From positions 5,504,001 to 5,568,000 of the forward strand of contig CM000151.3 in the NCBI GenBank assembly GCA_000004695.1: a stretch of DNA of 64,000 nucleotides, written 5' to 3'. The position numbers were made by a program, and so were the translations under genes. Origin of the DNA: Dictyostelium discoideum (taxonomy: Eukaryota). This document shows positions 13,604 to 26,819 of this stretch, piece by piece (the first letter of the stretch is position 1; each line of letters starts with the position of its first letter). Below the pieces are notes generated by a model, which was given only the letters and a program-made list of their open reading frames with translations, was not told where the DNA came from and did not search any database.

Positions 13604-14218
13604 TCAAACACTAAAAAAAAAAAAAAAAAAAAATAAACCAAAACAAAAAATAATAATAACTTATAAAAAAAAAAAAAAACTTCAACAATAATAATAATAT
13701 TTCACCAAATTATAAATAATTTCTCAAATTTCAATTTTTAATATCAAACAAAACTTAAATTTTTTAAACATCAAAACAAACTCAAATTTAAATGCCAATT
13801 TTGTAAGGCCAAAATGGTTTTTTTTTTTTTTTTTCTCTCTGGCCTTGTTCGTTTTTTTATATTTCAATTAATTTTTTTTTTTTTTTTTTGGAAAAAAAAA
13901 AAAAGGTTTTTTTTTGTTTTTTTAAATATTTTCAGATGAAAAAAAACCTTTACTTTCAAACTTTTTTTTTTTATTATAAAATTTTAAAAAAAAAATCGTT
14001 TTTTTTTTTAAAAAAAAAAAGATATTTTTGCAACACAAGCAAATTTTAAGTTTTTTTTTTTTTTTTTTCATTTTTCGAATTCGACAATTTTTTGGGGTGA
14101 TAAAAAAAAAAAATATTCATTAATAGTTTTATCTATATCACACCTTAATCTTTTTTTATTTTTTTAATTTTTATATTTTATTCGATTTATAAATTTTATT
14201 TAATATTTTGTTAAATAA

Positions 14219-14259
<41 letters not shown>

Positions 14260-14281
14260 AAAATTCTAAAATTTAAAATTT

Positions 14282-15439
14282 ATGGAAAATAATAATGATT
14301 ATAAAAATAGGTCAACAGAAATTTTTAACGAAGCAGATGCAGGATTTGTATATCAATCCAACTCAAATGATTATTCAGATGGATTTGAAGGACCAGAAAA
14401 GAAATTAGATATTAGATTCGGTCCAATTAGTAAAGGTAGCGTTAAATCAATTGCAGGTAGCCCAAGTAAGGTTGGATTACGTACAATTGATAAGGAGAAA
14501 TGGCAAACAGTATTAGATTCAGCAAGATGTACAATCATTAGTCAAACCAGTAATGATCATATGGATAGCTATGTTTTATCAGAATCAAGTTTATTCGTTT
14601 ATCCACGTCGTGCAATGATTAAAACCTGTGGTACCACCACTTTGTTACACTTGATCGCTAAAATGGTTCAAGTAGGTAAAGAATGTGGTCTTGAAGTTGA
14701 GATGGTTGTTTTCTCTAGAAAGAATTTAAATCAACCATCCAAACAAGTCTTTCCACATTGTTCATTCTCTGATGAAGTAAACTTTCTCAACAAGATTTTC
14801 GATGGTCAAGCCTATGTTATGGGTGACGTCAACAAGGACCACTGGAATTTGTATATCGCCGATTTCAGAAAGAATCCAACCCTCCAAAGAACTGAACAAA
14901 CCTTTGAGGTTATGATGCACGATCTCGATGAAACTGTTATGAAACAATTTTTCAAGCGTGAAGGTGTATCAGCTTGGGATACAACCGTCAACAGTGGTAT
15001 TGCCGACCTTTTGCCAGGTTCAATGATTGATGATTTCCAATTTGATCCTTGTGGTTACTCAATGAATGGTCTTCTCAATGAATTTTATTGGACTATTCAT
15101 ATCACACCAGAATCACATTGTAGCTATGTATCATTTGACACCAATGTAGCTCTCGCAGATTACAATCAATTGTTGGCAAAGGTTTTAAATGTTTTCAAAC
15201 CAGGTCGTTTCACAGCTGCACTCTATGCCGAAGATGGTGCTCCATGTGGAGATCCTTACACTGCTTTCGATGTCAATGTCCCTTCCTATGCAATTCAAAA
15301 TAAAACTGTACATGGTTTTGATGGTGGTTATGATGTTGTTGTTTCAAATTATCAACAATTGGATAAAAAAGTGAATTTTTCAAATGATGATTTAATTCAA
15401 TCAATCGAATCAACTAATATTGATTTAATTCAAGTTTAA
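14282..15439 (+). CDS. amd1: S-adenosylmethionine decarboxylase proenzyme (AdoMetDC).
   Basis: The hallmark FEGPEKKLDIRFG matches FEGPEKLLEVWF. The proenzyme self-cleavage site YVLSESSLFVY matches YVLSE/SSMFV, with Ser becoming pyruvoyl. IKTCGTTTLL and PCGYSMNG are also present. It is a single exon with an N-terminal extension of about 35 aa. Confidence 0.85.
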   Translation: MENNNDYKNRSTEIFNEADAGFVYQSNSNDYSDGFEGPEKKLDIRFGPISKGSVKSIAGSPSKVGLRTIDKEKWQTVLDSARCTIISQTSNDHMDSYVLSESSLFVYPRRAMIKTCGTTTLLHLIAKMVQVGKECGLEVEMVVFSRKNLNQPSKQVFPHCSFSDEVNFLNKIFDGQAYVMGDVNKDHWNLYIADFRKNPTLQRTEQTFEVMMHDLDETVMKQFFKREGVSAWDTTVNSGIADLLPGSMIDDFQFDPCGYSMNGLLNEFYWTIHITPESHCSYVSFDTNVALADYNQLLAKVLNVFKPGRFTAALYAEDGAPCGDPYTAFDVNVPSYAIQNKTVHGFDGGYDVVVSNYQQLDKKVNFSNDDLIQSIESTNIDLIQV

Positions 15440-15853
15440 AAAATAATTAATAATAATAATAATTAATAATAATAATATATAATAATATCAATAATTCATA
15501 TAATTTAGTTTTAGAGATATAGTTAATATATACAAATATTTTATTATCATTCACTTTCAAAATTTATAAAAAAAAAAAAAAAAAAAATATTATTTCCATT
15601 TTGTTTACCTTATTTTTTTTTTTTTAATCCAAAATTTTTTTTTTAGTATACGTAAATAAAACATGTATTGTAAAATTAAATTAGAAAAAAAAAAAAAAAA
15701 AACCCATTTATATATATATAATAAATTATTTAATTAATTTAAATTAAATTTTAATTAATTAATTATTAATGCCAAAAAAAAAAAAAAAAAAAAAAATCTA
15801 TTTTTAAAATTTTTATTTTATAATTATTTTTATTTTTATTATTATTTTTATTT

Positions 15854-16906
15854 TTAAGTTTCATAAATAACATTCCAATGACCAGATTTAATACCAGTAT
15901 TAAATTTAACAATGATTGGTATAGTTGTATATTTTAATAAATTTTCAACTGATTTTTCAGATAAATTAAATTTTTTAGCTAAAAATTGTGCATTATTTAA
16001 AATTGGATCTTCACGATATAATGAGAATAAATCTACTAAATTTTCACCATTAATTCTATGATTTGTGAGTTTATCTTTTTGAATTCTTTGTTTAATTTTT
16101 GAAATACGACTTGAGATATCATCAGATTGAGTCACTTTATTAAATGCTGAATCACTATTTGAAATCATTGATGATAAACCATTTGGTTTTATTAATTGAT
16201 TATTTTCTAATTGTTTATCGGTGATTTCAAATGGTGTTTCAAAATGTGTGTCTGCTTTAATGAAATTCTCTGAAATCTTATTATATAAATCAACTTTTTC
16301 ATTATCTTTATAAATGAAATCTGATTGATCCATTGAATCTAAAATTTCCATTTTCTCTTGATATTTCTTCTTTAATCTCTCTTCAACTTTTCTTTCAATC
16401 TCTTCAAATGAATCCATTTCTCCAACATCATTAAATAAATCAATACTATGTTTATTTGAAAGTTCATGATTCTCTTTTATCCTATATATCATATCTTGAA
16501 ATTTTTTACCACCTTTTATAAAAATACCTTTTTCATTTAATTGATTTTCAACTTTTTCTTCTTCTTTTTCTTCTTCTTTTATTTCATTATTATTATTATT
16601 ATTATTATTATCATCATCATTTTCATCTTCATAATATTCTTCGTCATCGAATTCAACTTCTTCAGTATATTCTTCATTTGGTAAATATGCACCTAATGAT
16701 TCTAATTCTTTTGATAATCTACTTCTTGATGGTATCATTAAATTTTCATCTTTTTCATTATTTGAATTTTCATTTATTTTATTATTTGAAGAAAAGTTTC
16801 TTATTATATTATTTGAATTATTAAATGATGGATGTGAGTATGATGCTTTAAAAATATTGTTGGGGATATTTTTCCTTTTAATATTGTTTAAAATAAAACA
16901 TTTCAT
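15854..16906 (-). CDS. Hypothetical 350-aa protein with an acidic E/D/N-rich middle region.
   Basis: A single ORF. I recognise no homology. Confidence 0.45.
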   Translation of the reverse strand: MKCFILNNIKRKNIPNNIFKASYSHPSFNNSNNIIRNFSSNNKINENSNNEKDENLMIPSRSRLSKELESLGAYLPNEEYTEEVEFDDEEYYEDENDDDNNNNNNNNEIKEEEKEEEKVENQLNEKGIFIKGGKKFQDMIYRIKENHELSNKHSIDLFNDVGEMDSFEEIERKVEERLKKKYQEKMEILDSMDQSDFIYKDNEKVDLYNKISENFIKADTHFETPFEITDKQLENNQLIKPNGLSSMISNSDSAFNKVTQSDDISSRISKIKQRIQKDKLTNHRINGENLVDLFSLYREDPILNNAQFLAKKFNLSEKSVENLLKYTTIPIIVKFNTGIKSGHWNVIYET

Positions 16907-17642
16907 TTTTTTTGGGTGAGGGGGTTTGTTGCTGGATTATATGAAAAAATAGTTTTTATAAAAAAAAAAAAAAAAAAAAAAATTGTAAAAAAAAAATTGA
17001 AAAAAAAAAATTAAAAAAAAATTAAAATAAAGAAATAATTTTTTTTTTTTTTTTTTTAATTTTAAAATTGTAACCAAATAATTATTTATTTGAAATTGAT
17101 TTTAATCAAAAAATAAAATGAAAAGAAATAAAACTAATCAAAAGTTTTTATTTAGATTTATTTTTAATTTTTTTTTTAATTTTTTTTTTTTTTTTTTATT
17201 ATTTTAATAAAAAGAAGAAAAATTTCGATTTCATTTTTTCTTTTTCTTACATAAAATCATAAATTAAATTATTACATAAAAAATAAAAATAAAAATAAAA
17301 ATAAATATTAAAATAAATAAAAAAAAAAAAAAAAAAAAATTTTCTAAACACCCATTCCATATATATCTATTTTTTAGTTTTTAAAAAAATATTTTTTTTA
17401 TTTTATTTTATTTTATTTTATTTTTTAATTTTTTATTTTTTATTTTTTCTTACCAAATTGGTATTTTATTCATTAATAGGCGTCATTATTATTAATCATT
17501 AGAAAATAAAGTTTGTCATTTATAAAATAAATAAAATAAATAAAATAAATAAAAAAAAAAAAAAAAAAAAATTAAAAATACTAAAAAACGTGTCTCATTA
17601 TAAAAAGGAAATTTATTGATAATTTAATTAAAATTATATATT

Positions 17643-17674
<32 letters not shown>

Positions 17675-18218
17675 TAAATAAAAAAAAAAAACCTATACAA
17701 TTTTTCAAACAATGGTTTTTTAATTAATAAAAAAAACTCTACAAATAAACACATCATCTATATAACTATTTAAATATTTATTTATTTATTTATTTATTTA
17801 TTTATCCATTTATTTTTTAAATTAAAAAAACAAATTAAAAAAAAAAAAAAAAAATAAAATAAAATAAAATTACCCTCATTACTTATATAAAAAAAAAATA
17901 ATATTTAACCACTAAATTTCATTCATACCACTATTATTTAAATAAACCCCAATCTACTAAAATAAATAATTTTTTTATAAACACCATTTTTTAAAACAAC
18001 TATTTTTAAAACAAATATTTAATAAACATAAAGTAAATAAAATAAAATAAAATAAAATAAAATAAAATAAAAAATTTTTTTAAAAAAAAACAAAGAAAAA
18101 ATATTAATTAATTAAATTTTTTATTTTTTATAAAATAATATTTATAAGAAAAAAAAAAAAAAAAAAAAAAGAATAATAATTCCTTTTTTTTTTTTTTTCA
18201 TAGAATATAATAGCAACA

Positions 18219-18923
18219 ATGATGGAGAAAATGGATAAATATGATACAATTCTTTGGCGATTAAGAGAATTGGAAGAAAATTCAAAATGTGCTGATTGTA
18301 CTGATAGTGTAAGTTCAAATTTAAAAATTAAATTAAAAAACAATAATAATTTTATTAACTTTTTTTTTTATTTTATTTTTTATTTTTTTTATTGTTATCA
18401 AAGTTTCCAAGATATATGAATACAACATATGGAACATTTGTTTGCTCGGTATGTGGTGCAATTCATAGAGAATTGGGAAATAGAGTAAAATCAATATCAT
18501 CTGATAAATTTACCCAACAAGATATTGAAAGACTTGAAAAAGTTGGTAACAAAATGGCTGATGAAATTTGGTTATCAAAATGGAGTCAACAACAGTATCC
18601 ACTACCATTCCCAAGTGATGAAAAGAGGGTTAGAGATTTCATTAAAATGAAATACATTGAAAAGAAATGGATTAAAGAAGGTATTAAACAATCTGATTTC
18701 ATTTCACCACCAACTCAATCAACACCTGGTTCAACTCCAACTTTCACTTCTCCAAAGCAACAACAACAACAACAACCATCAGCAGTATCTCAAAAACAAC
18801 AAACTACATCACCATTAAGAAATAGTGGTGAGAAAAAAGAAATACTCACTTCAAAAGATTCTTTATCAAAAGAGTTTGAAAGTTTATCATTAGGAAATTC
18901 AAATAATTTATTAAATACTAATC

Positions 18924-18967
<44 letters not shown>

Positions 18968-19310
18968 CCTTCAACTCAAACATCTCAACAATCAATTCCA
19001 TTCATTCAACAAGCTGAAATTAATCAACAACAGCAACAGCAACAGCAACAATTTGATTCAAATGGTAAACCATTCAATCCTTTTAGAGATGAAAATAAAT
19101 ATTTTAATTCAAAACCACAACCAATTGAAAGTAAAGCATCATTCCCACCATTTTCAGAGAAACCATTTAATCAACATTCCTATTTAAATGAAAAAAGTAC
19201 AATGAATGCTGATCAAAGTCTTGGTAATAATTCTTCATTTTATTCTAAAATTCAAGTTCAACATCCAACCCCAAAATCACCACCAACCTCAATCTATGAT
19301 ACTCAACAAT

Positions 19311-19354
<44 letters not shown>

Positions 19355-20753
19355 AAACCACAACAATATCAAAATCAACAACAACATCAACAAAAATTAC
19401 AACCACAGCAACAATCACAATACCAACAACAACAACAACAACAACCACCACCACCATATATAAATCAACAGCCACAATACAACCAAACAAATAGTCAAAT
19501 GAATCAAATGAATGGTCATGCAAACCAAATGAACAACCAAATGAATCAAATGAATAACCAAATGAATCAAATGGGTAATAGTATAATGGATGGTAACCAA
19601 ATGGTGAATAATTTCCAACAACAGCAACAACAACCACAACAATATAATCCATTTATTGATACTAATTTAAGCAATAATCAATTGGCATTAGTTCCAGTTG
19701 AACAAAATAATAATAGTAATAATAATAATAATCAAATGGCAGTGTATCCTCAACAACCACCACAACCACAACAACATAATATGAATTTCCAACAACAACA
19801 TCAACAATATCAACCACAACAGCAACCACAACAACAAAATTTATCAAATATTAATATGAATAATAGCAATAGTAATATTCCAAATGGAAATCCATTTGGA
19901 ATTTCAGATCAAGTTGTTTTAAAACATCAACAAATGCATCAACAAAATATGAATCAACAAAATATGCAACAACCACAAATGATGATGAATTCAAATGGTC
20001 AAATGGTAATGGTTACTGGTGGTCCTGCTACCACTACAACTACAACAATTATACATACTCCAATTAATGGAAATTTACCATCAGAGTCATCATCATCATC
20101 TGGTAATCCATTTGATCAACAACAACAACAACAACAACAACCATTAGATGAAATGTTTGGTAAAAAGGTTAATAGTGATCCTGTATTCCCTGCTTCAAGT
20201 TCATCATTTGAAAGTGGTAATAGCTTAGATAGATCTGATGAGGAACAAAAAGAAGCATGGAGAAGAATTCAAGAAAAGAATATTCAAATCCAAAATGATA
20301 AAGAAATTGCAAGAAAATTACAATTGGAAGAAGAAGAAATCTTTAAAACTAGACCAAGAAGTAATACTGAACCCTCACCACGTGATAGAACTACTTCACA
20401 ATTACAGCTTCAACAATCTCAACCTCAACCTCAACAACAACAATATCATTACTCATCTTATAGTTCATCATATGATACAGCAAATAATCATGGTAATGGT
20501 ATGCCAATAACTCAGCAACATATTGTAAGTGGACATCATCGTTCAAGTAGTGGTAGTAATATTCTAAAACGTCTTAGTGGTAGATCTAGAAGTAAATCAT
20601 ATGATTATGATGATCCATTTGAAATCAATCCAAGACCTTTGAATAAAAGTGGTGGTTATGATGATTATGACAGTTTTATGAGAAAAAATAAACGTATCCC
20701 AGGTGGAGGTAGTAATTATCAACCAAAAATTAGTCAACAAGATTATTATCAAG

Positions 20754-20788
<35 letters not shown>

Positions 20789-21118
20789 TATCAACAACAA
20801 CCATCATCACAACAAATTGTTGTTCATGAACAAAGTAACTATAATAATAATAATAATAATAACAATGCAAACAGATCATATAATGAATGTGATTATTGTG
20901 GTAAAGATGTTGGTTTAGAATCGATGAGTTACCATAAGAATACTGAATGTATTCTTAGACAAGAAAGATGTTCCATGTGTAATAAATTGGTAAAACATAT
21001 GCAAATGGGTGACCATCAATTACAATGTCAAACAAATACTTACACATGTGGTGTTTGTGGTAGATTAGTAATGGGAAAAGAAATGCAAAATCATATGGCA
21101 TATGTTCATAATCAATAA
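18219..21118 (+). CDS. ArfGAP-domain protein with a long Q/N-rich linker and a C-terminal Cys/His cluster. Two exons: 18219..18308 and 18404..21118, with a 95-bp intron.
   Basis: Exon 1 reads MMEKMDKYDTILWRLRELEENSKCADCTDS, with a GTAAGT donor at 18309. Exon 2 begins at the acceptor AG at 18402-3 and reads FPRYMNTTYGTFVCSVCGAIHRELGNRVKSISSDKFTQQDIERLEKVGN. Together these form the ArfGAP C4 zinc finger, CxxC-x16-CxxC, with the invariant Arg. The C-terminus, CDYCGK...CILRQERCSMCNKLVKHMQMGDHQLQC...YTCGVCGRLV, resembles a TRAF-type or other zinc module. A possible UIM-like EEEEIFK / EIARKLQLEEEE stretch is also present. Confidence 0.75.
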
Positions 21119-21394
21119 AAATAAAAAAATAAAAAAAAAAAAATAAAATTTTTTAAAATAAAATGTGGATTTTTAATTTAATTTAAAATTAAAATCAAGA
21201 TATATAAATATTCTATAAATAAAAAACTAAAAAAAGAATTTTTTACTTTTTTATTTTTTTGTTTTTTTAATAATCGATATTATTTAATTTAACCTTTTAA
21301 GGATTTTTGGAAAGTTTAAAAAAAAAAAAAATTACTCTTTTTTTTGGGAGAAATTAAAACCTAAATTTTTAATTTTTTTTTTTTTATTTTTTTT

Positions 21395-21438
<44 letters not shown>

Positions 21439-21677
21439 TTTATTGACTTTTTTTTTTTAGTTTTTATTTTATTTTATTTTTATTAAACGATATAATATAA
21501 AAAATTTTCTTTATTTTTTAATTTTTTTTTTTTTTTTTTTTTATATAAATATCAAACCATATAAAAAGTTTTTTATTTGAAATTAAAAAAAAAAAAAAAA
21601 AAAAAAAAGACAAAATCACAAACTAAAATATCAAAATAACCCACTATAAAAATAATATATATATAATACCTTAAAAA

Positions 21678-22530
21678 ATGAAACTCTTTGGTAAACCAAA
21701 ACCAAAACAAGATACTCAAGAAACAATTGGTAAACTTAGATTAACATTAGATATGCTTGAAAAAAGGCAAACATTTTTACAAGATAAATTAGAAAAAGAA
21801 CAAGAAAAAGCAAAGGTCTTAGTCAGCCAAAAAAGAAAGAGAGAAGCATTATTATGTTTAAAAAAGAGAAATAATTTTCAAAATGAGGTTACAAAATTAC
21901 AAGGTTCATATGATACATTAAATCAACAAGTAAGTAATATATATACATATATATATTTATTTTCTAAATATAATATATGTATATATAATTTTAATAATCA
22001 CACACACAACTAATAATAAATAAATTTTTTTTAGATTTTTGCATTAGAGAATGCAAAGATGAATATGGAAATTATGAATTCAATGAGAGATGGTGCAAGA
22101 TCATTAAGAGAATTACATGGTCACCTTACTATCGATAAAGTTGATGACGTAATTGAAGAGATTCAAGAGCAAATGGAAATTCACGAAGAAATTTCAAATG
22201 CTATCAGTCAACCATTAGGTAACCAAGTTGAAGATGAAGAAGAATTACTAAGAGAATTAGCTGAATATGAGCAAGAAGAATTAGATGCTCAATTACTTAA
22301 TATTAAAGCACCTTCAAGAGAATTACCACAAGAAATTCAAGTAAATTGTAAGTGTTATGTTGTTTTTTTTTTTTTTTTTTATAAAAAAAAGGTATAAAGA
22401 GTAGAGTTTTAACTAACATTTTTATTTTTTTTATTATTTATATTTAGTCCCAACTATTTCAAAAACTGTACCAAAACTTTCAAAAGAAGAAGAAGAGATT
22501 AGAGCTTTGGAAGAATCTTTAGCAATGTAA
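21678..22530 (+). CDS. ESCRT-III subunit CHMP4/Snf7 (Vps32), about 215 aa. Three exons: 21678..21929, 22035..22347, 22448..22530.
   Basis: The N-terminus MKLFGKPKPKQDTQETIGKLRLTLDMLEKRQTFLQDKLEKEQEKAK matches the Snf7 helix 1. Exon 2 reads IFALENAKMNMEIMNSMRDGARSLRELHGHLTIDKVDDVIEEIQEQMEIHEEISNAISQPLG...EELDAQLL, as in CHMP4B. Exon 3 reads FPTISKTVPKLSKEEEEIRALEESLAM*, as in the CHMP4 C-terminal MIM-like tail. Donors are GTAAGT at 21930 and GTAAGT at 22348, and acceptors are AG at 22033-4 and 22446-7. Phases are consistent. The exon 2 donor could alternatively be 7 nt upstream, which breaks the C-terminal homology. Confidence 0.8.
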
Positions 22531-22798
22531 ATTAATTTCAATAAAAAATAGAAAAGAAAAAAAAACAAAAAAAAAAAGGAATACAAAAAAAAAAAAAAAA
22601 AACAAAAAACAAAACTTAAACCAACCACACTGTTTTAATTTTATTTATTTTAAATTTAATAAAACTAAAAAAAAATATCTCTTTTTTTTTTTTTTTTAAT
22701 AAATATATAAATAATAATAACGGTTTTTGTTTTTTTTTTTTTTTTTTTTTTTAAAACTATTAAAAGAAAAAAAAAAAAGTTGCTATTTATTTTTTAAA

Positions 22799-24811
22799 TC
22801 ATAAATTTTTTCTATTTGACGTTGAACTTAAAAAACTACTATTATTGTTACTGTTATTATTATTATTATTATTAATATTAATATTATTCCTAGTAGTATC
22901 ATCAGAATTTATAACAGATTCTTCTTGTATAACTTTCCAAAATGATAATAAATTTGGAGCTAATTGAGGATGATTATATTTTTGAGATTGATGTTTTAAT
23001 TGATGGGATTGTTGTTTTTGTTGTTGATAAGTTGGAATAAATTGATTATCATTATTATTTTGATTATTATTATTTTGATTATTTTGATTATTATTTAAAC
23101 TTGAATTCAAAGTTAAATCATCTTCAATTATAGAAGTATCATCATTTGTTGATTCATTTGTTGTTAATAAATTATTTGAAAGTATTTTTTGTTGTGATAA
23201 TTGAGTATTTTGTTGATTTTTAATTAATTGATATTGAAGTTCTTGTAATTTTTCAATTTGAAGATGTTGTTGTTGAATTTGTTGTTGTAACTCTACAATG
23301 TATTGATTTGAAAGTTGTTGTTGAAATTGTTGTTGTGCTTGTTGAAATTGTTGAATTTTATTAACTTTTTGAATTTTTTTATTTTGTTGATCAATTTTAA
23401 TTTGTTCATTAAAATCAATATCTTTATGATATTGAATATTGTTAGCTTTAGATGAGTCATTTGTTGAATTAAAAATATTGCTATTTGAAGTATTGGTGGT
23501 GTTGGTGGTATTGGTGTTGGTATTAAATAAGGATTGTTGTTGTTCTTTTAAGATTTGTTGTGATTGTTCTTTTAAAATTAAATTATCACGTAATGGGTTA
23601 ATGAAAGAGTCATTTCTAAAACCTAAACCCAATGCTAAATGAGCAGGTGTTTTCTTTGTATAAGGTAAAATATTTTTAACATGACAATAGTATTTCAAAC
23701 CAATAAAAGTTAAACCACCAATACATGCAATTGAGCCACAAGCAATTGGGAATGCCAATGGGTGTTGCTCAAATCCTGAAATGAGATTCATACCAAATGT
23801 ACCGGCTATAACACTACCAAGACCTGTTGAAATGGTCACTAAACTTAACATAAGATTCATTCTCATCATTTTATTTCTTGCAGTATCCAATTGAAAATTT
23901 ACGAATTCCTCAGTTGAATTTAATGTTTCCTTAAGTTGTGAAATATTACTCGATAGTAATTCCAATTGTCTTGTGTATGTTTCCAAGAGGATTTCAATTT
24001 CATCGTGTTGATTCTTTTTTCTTGCACCACCAGTTGCATGACGAAATGAAAGATACATCAATGCCATATCCTCATCGGCCTCCAATAGATCGGTGATTGC
24101 GTCTATGATCTCCTTTATTTTAACTTCAAATTGATTGAGACCTTTTTTATGATACAACAATAGTTCCTCTAAATTATGTTCAGGATTCTCATTTAACATT
24201 TGCAATTCCTTCTCTATCAATGATTGCATTCTTCTAAATTCAAATTCTAATTTTCTACAAATTAAATCCAATATAGATTCAAATACTTTAAATTCAAATG
24301 GTAATGGTAAGTATTCTGTACCTTGTGATGTTAATGATTCATGAATACCAATGGCAGTTTCATCCTTTATTTGAGTGTTTCCTGTATCGAATAGCAATAC
24401 TCTATTATATTGCACAATGGCCCTAACACAACCAATACTAATTAATATAACTTTATCTCTAACTAAAATCGTTGGCATTTGTGGTGGAAATGATGGATCG
24501 ATCGTACGTAAATCACGAGCTTGTAATTTTAATTCATTCGATAAACTACCCTTATAAAATCTTTCCTCTGATCTATTACCATTTATATCAATCGTTAAAA
24601 CATTTAATGATTTTAATCCATCCGTTGTGAAACTACTTGGATTTTGATTATTATTTTGTGATGATGATGATGATGATGATGGTTTTGAAAATGATTCTTC
24701 ATCAAATATTTTACTAATTGTTGATGTTGTTGATACAATTTTCTCATTCTTTTGTTTATTAATTATATCAATATTATCTTTACCAATTGTACCAATATTT
24801 TTATTTTCTAA

Positions 24812-24883
<72 letters not shown>

Positions 24884-25042
24884 TTCATCATAATCATTAT
24901 GGTTATCTTCTTTATTTAATGGATTACTTATAAATGGTGTTGATAAATTAACCTTTGTAAAATATCTTTGATTATTTGGTCGAAAAATTAATTTATTACT
25001 TTTACAGTTTTTAATTAAATTATAATTTATTAATTTATTCAT
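22799..25042 (-). CDS. Mrs2/CorA-family magnesium transporter, probably mitochondrial, with a poly-N N-terminal extension and a Q-rich C-terminal tail.
   Basis: The two C-terminal TM helices flank the GMN signature: LSLVTISTGLGSVIAGTFGMNLISGF...FPIACGSIACIGGLTFIGL. A Mrs2-like coiled-coil region lies upstream (ELLLYHKK...RQLELLSSNISQLKETLNSTEEFVNFQLDTARNKMMRMNL). (AAT)n tracts run through the N-terminus. Confidence 0.75.
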
Positions 25043-25309
25043 TTTATTTTATTATTATTATAATTTTTTTTTTTTTTTTACATATATAATTTATTTCTTT
25101 TATTTCTTTTTTATAATATAATATTATTTTTTATTTATTTGTTTATTTGTTTATCACTGATGTTTTAAGAAATTGGAAAAAAAAAAAAACGTGGGAAATC
25201 GTTATTTTTTAAATTAAATTTTTTTTTTTGATTTTTAAATTAATTTTTTTTTATTTTTTTTTTTTTTTGCAAAGATATCAAAATGGTTTTTTTTTTTTTT
25301 TTTTTTTTT

Positions 25310-25495
25310 CGACATGATATCACCACAAAATATTTGGTTATTAAATTTTTTTTTTTTTCGACATGATATCATCAAAATATTTGTTTATTAAATTCTTTGG
25401 CTTTTTCGACATGGTATCATCAAAATATTTGGTTATTAACTTCTTTTTTTCGACATGGTATCATTAAAATGTTTGTTTATTAAATTTTTTGGTTT
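25310..25495. promoter_or_regulatory. Four tandem ~45-49 bp repeats containing the palindrome CGACATGATATCAT, in the bidirectional intergenic region between the Mrs2-like gene (ATG 25042, minus) and the secreted-protein gene (ATG 26051, plus).
   Basis: Units start at about 25310, 25359, 25407 and 25451. Copies 1-2 carry the 10-bp perfect palindrome ATGATATCAT (the core GATATC). Copies 3-4 read ATGGTATCAT. Each unit ends in a T-run. Confidence 0.5.
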
Positions 25496-25916
25496 TTTTT
25501 ATTTTTTCTTATTATTATAATTTTTTTTTTTTAAATACAAAAATCTTGGAATTTTTTTTTTTCTTTTTTAAAAATTATTTTGTTATTGTTATAATCAATT
25601 TTAGTGTAAGCTTACACACAGAAAAAGAAACACACCACTTTTTTTATTTTTTTTTTATTTTTAATATTTTTTTATTTTTATTTTTTAAATAATATCTGAT
25701 TTAGTTATATAAATTGTAAAATCTTTCAAAGACTAAGATGATTCTTCATTGATCGGTTTGAACACTCTCACCATTTATAATAAATTTACAAATTTTTTTT
25801 TTTTTATTTTATCTTAAAATCTATCCGTCCTAAAAAGAAATAAAATTTAACTGTTTGTTTGAAATAAATAAATTTTATTATTATTATTATTATTTTAAAA
25901 AATAATATTGTAGTTA

Positions 25917-25954
<38 letters not shown>

Positions 25955-26050
25955 AATTTATAAATAAAATAAATAAATAAATAAAAAATTTATATTCATT
26001 TTTCTTTTTATTAAAAAACAAAATAAAAAAAATTAATAAAATTAAATAAA

Positions 26051-26780
26051 ATGAATAGTTTTATAAAAAATATTATAGTTTTAATAATAATAATTTTTTT
26101 TTTTTTAAATGAAATTAAAAGTAGTGAAATATGTAAGAATCAATTATTAAAATATTTTGAAAATAATAATAATAATAATAATTTTTTATCATTAGAATTA
26201 TCAATTACTATAATTAAAAATAATGGACAAATAATATATGGAAATGGAGAATTACATAAAGAGGGTGAAAATAAATTAGTAAATAATGATGGTTTAATTG
26301 GATATCAAAATGATAAAATTCCATGGTTATCAAATGATGATCCAGAATCAGATCAACCATTTTCAAATTTACGTACTTTTAGAGTTTATTATGGTGAATT
26401 TTATATTCATAAAGATGGTTATTTAATTATAGGTTCATGTAAAAATAAAATTGAATTTACAATTTTATGTAATGATACAATTTTTTCAGGTTTATTATTT
26501 GATGATTTATATACTATTCAAATTAAAACTAAATCAAATAATAATAATATTAATAGTAATAATAATAATAATAATTATACAAATAATAGTAATATTAATA
26601 ATAATAATAATAATAATATTAATATTAATAATAATACAAATACAAATAATATTAATAGTAATAATATTGAAATTAAAAGTATAATAACAAATAGTTGGAG
26701 TGAAGGTAGTGGCAGTAATATTACAAAATATTCATTAGTTAAAACTGTAATTTTAAATAATTCTTCAAATATTATAAATA

Positions 26781-26819
<39 letters not shown>

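Noticed and set aside
19206-19847. Several ORFs overlapping the ArfGAP gene: 19206..19463 on the plus strand, and 19245..19652, 19415..19642 and 19662..19847 on the minus strand.
   Set aside because: They are out-of-frame or antisense readings of the (CAA)n / Q-N-rich linker of the 18392..21118 exon.
22341-22397. Read-through of CHMP4 exon 2 into VNCKCYVVFFFF (track ORF 22059..22397).
   Set aside because: A GTAAGT donor at 22348 and a downstream acceptor restore the conserved CHMP4 C-terminus, so the read-through is intronic.
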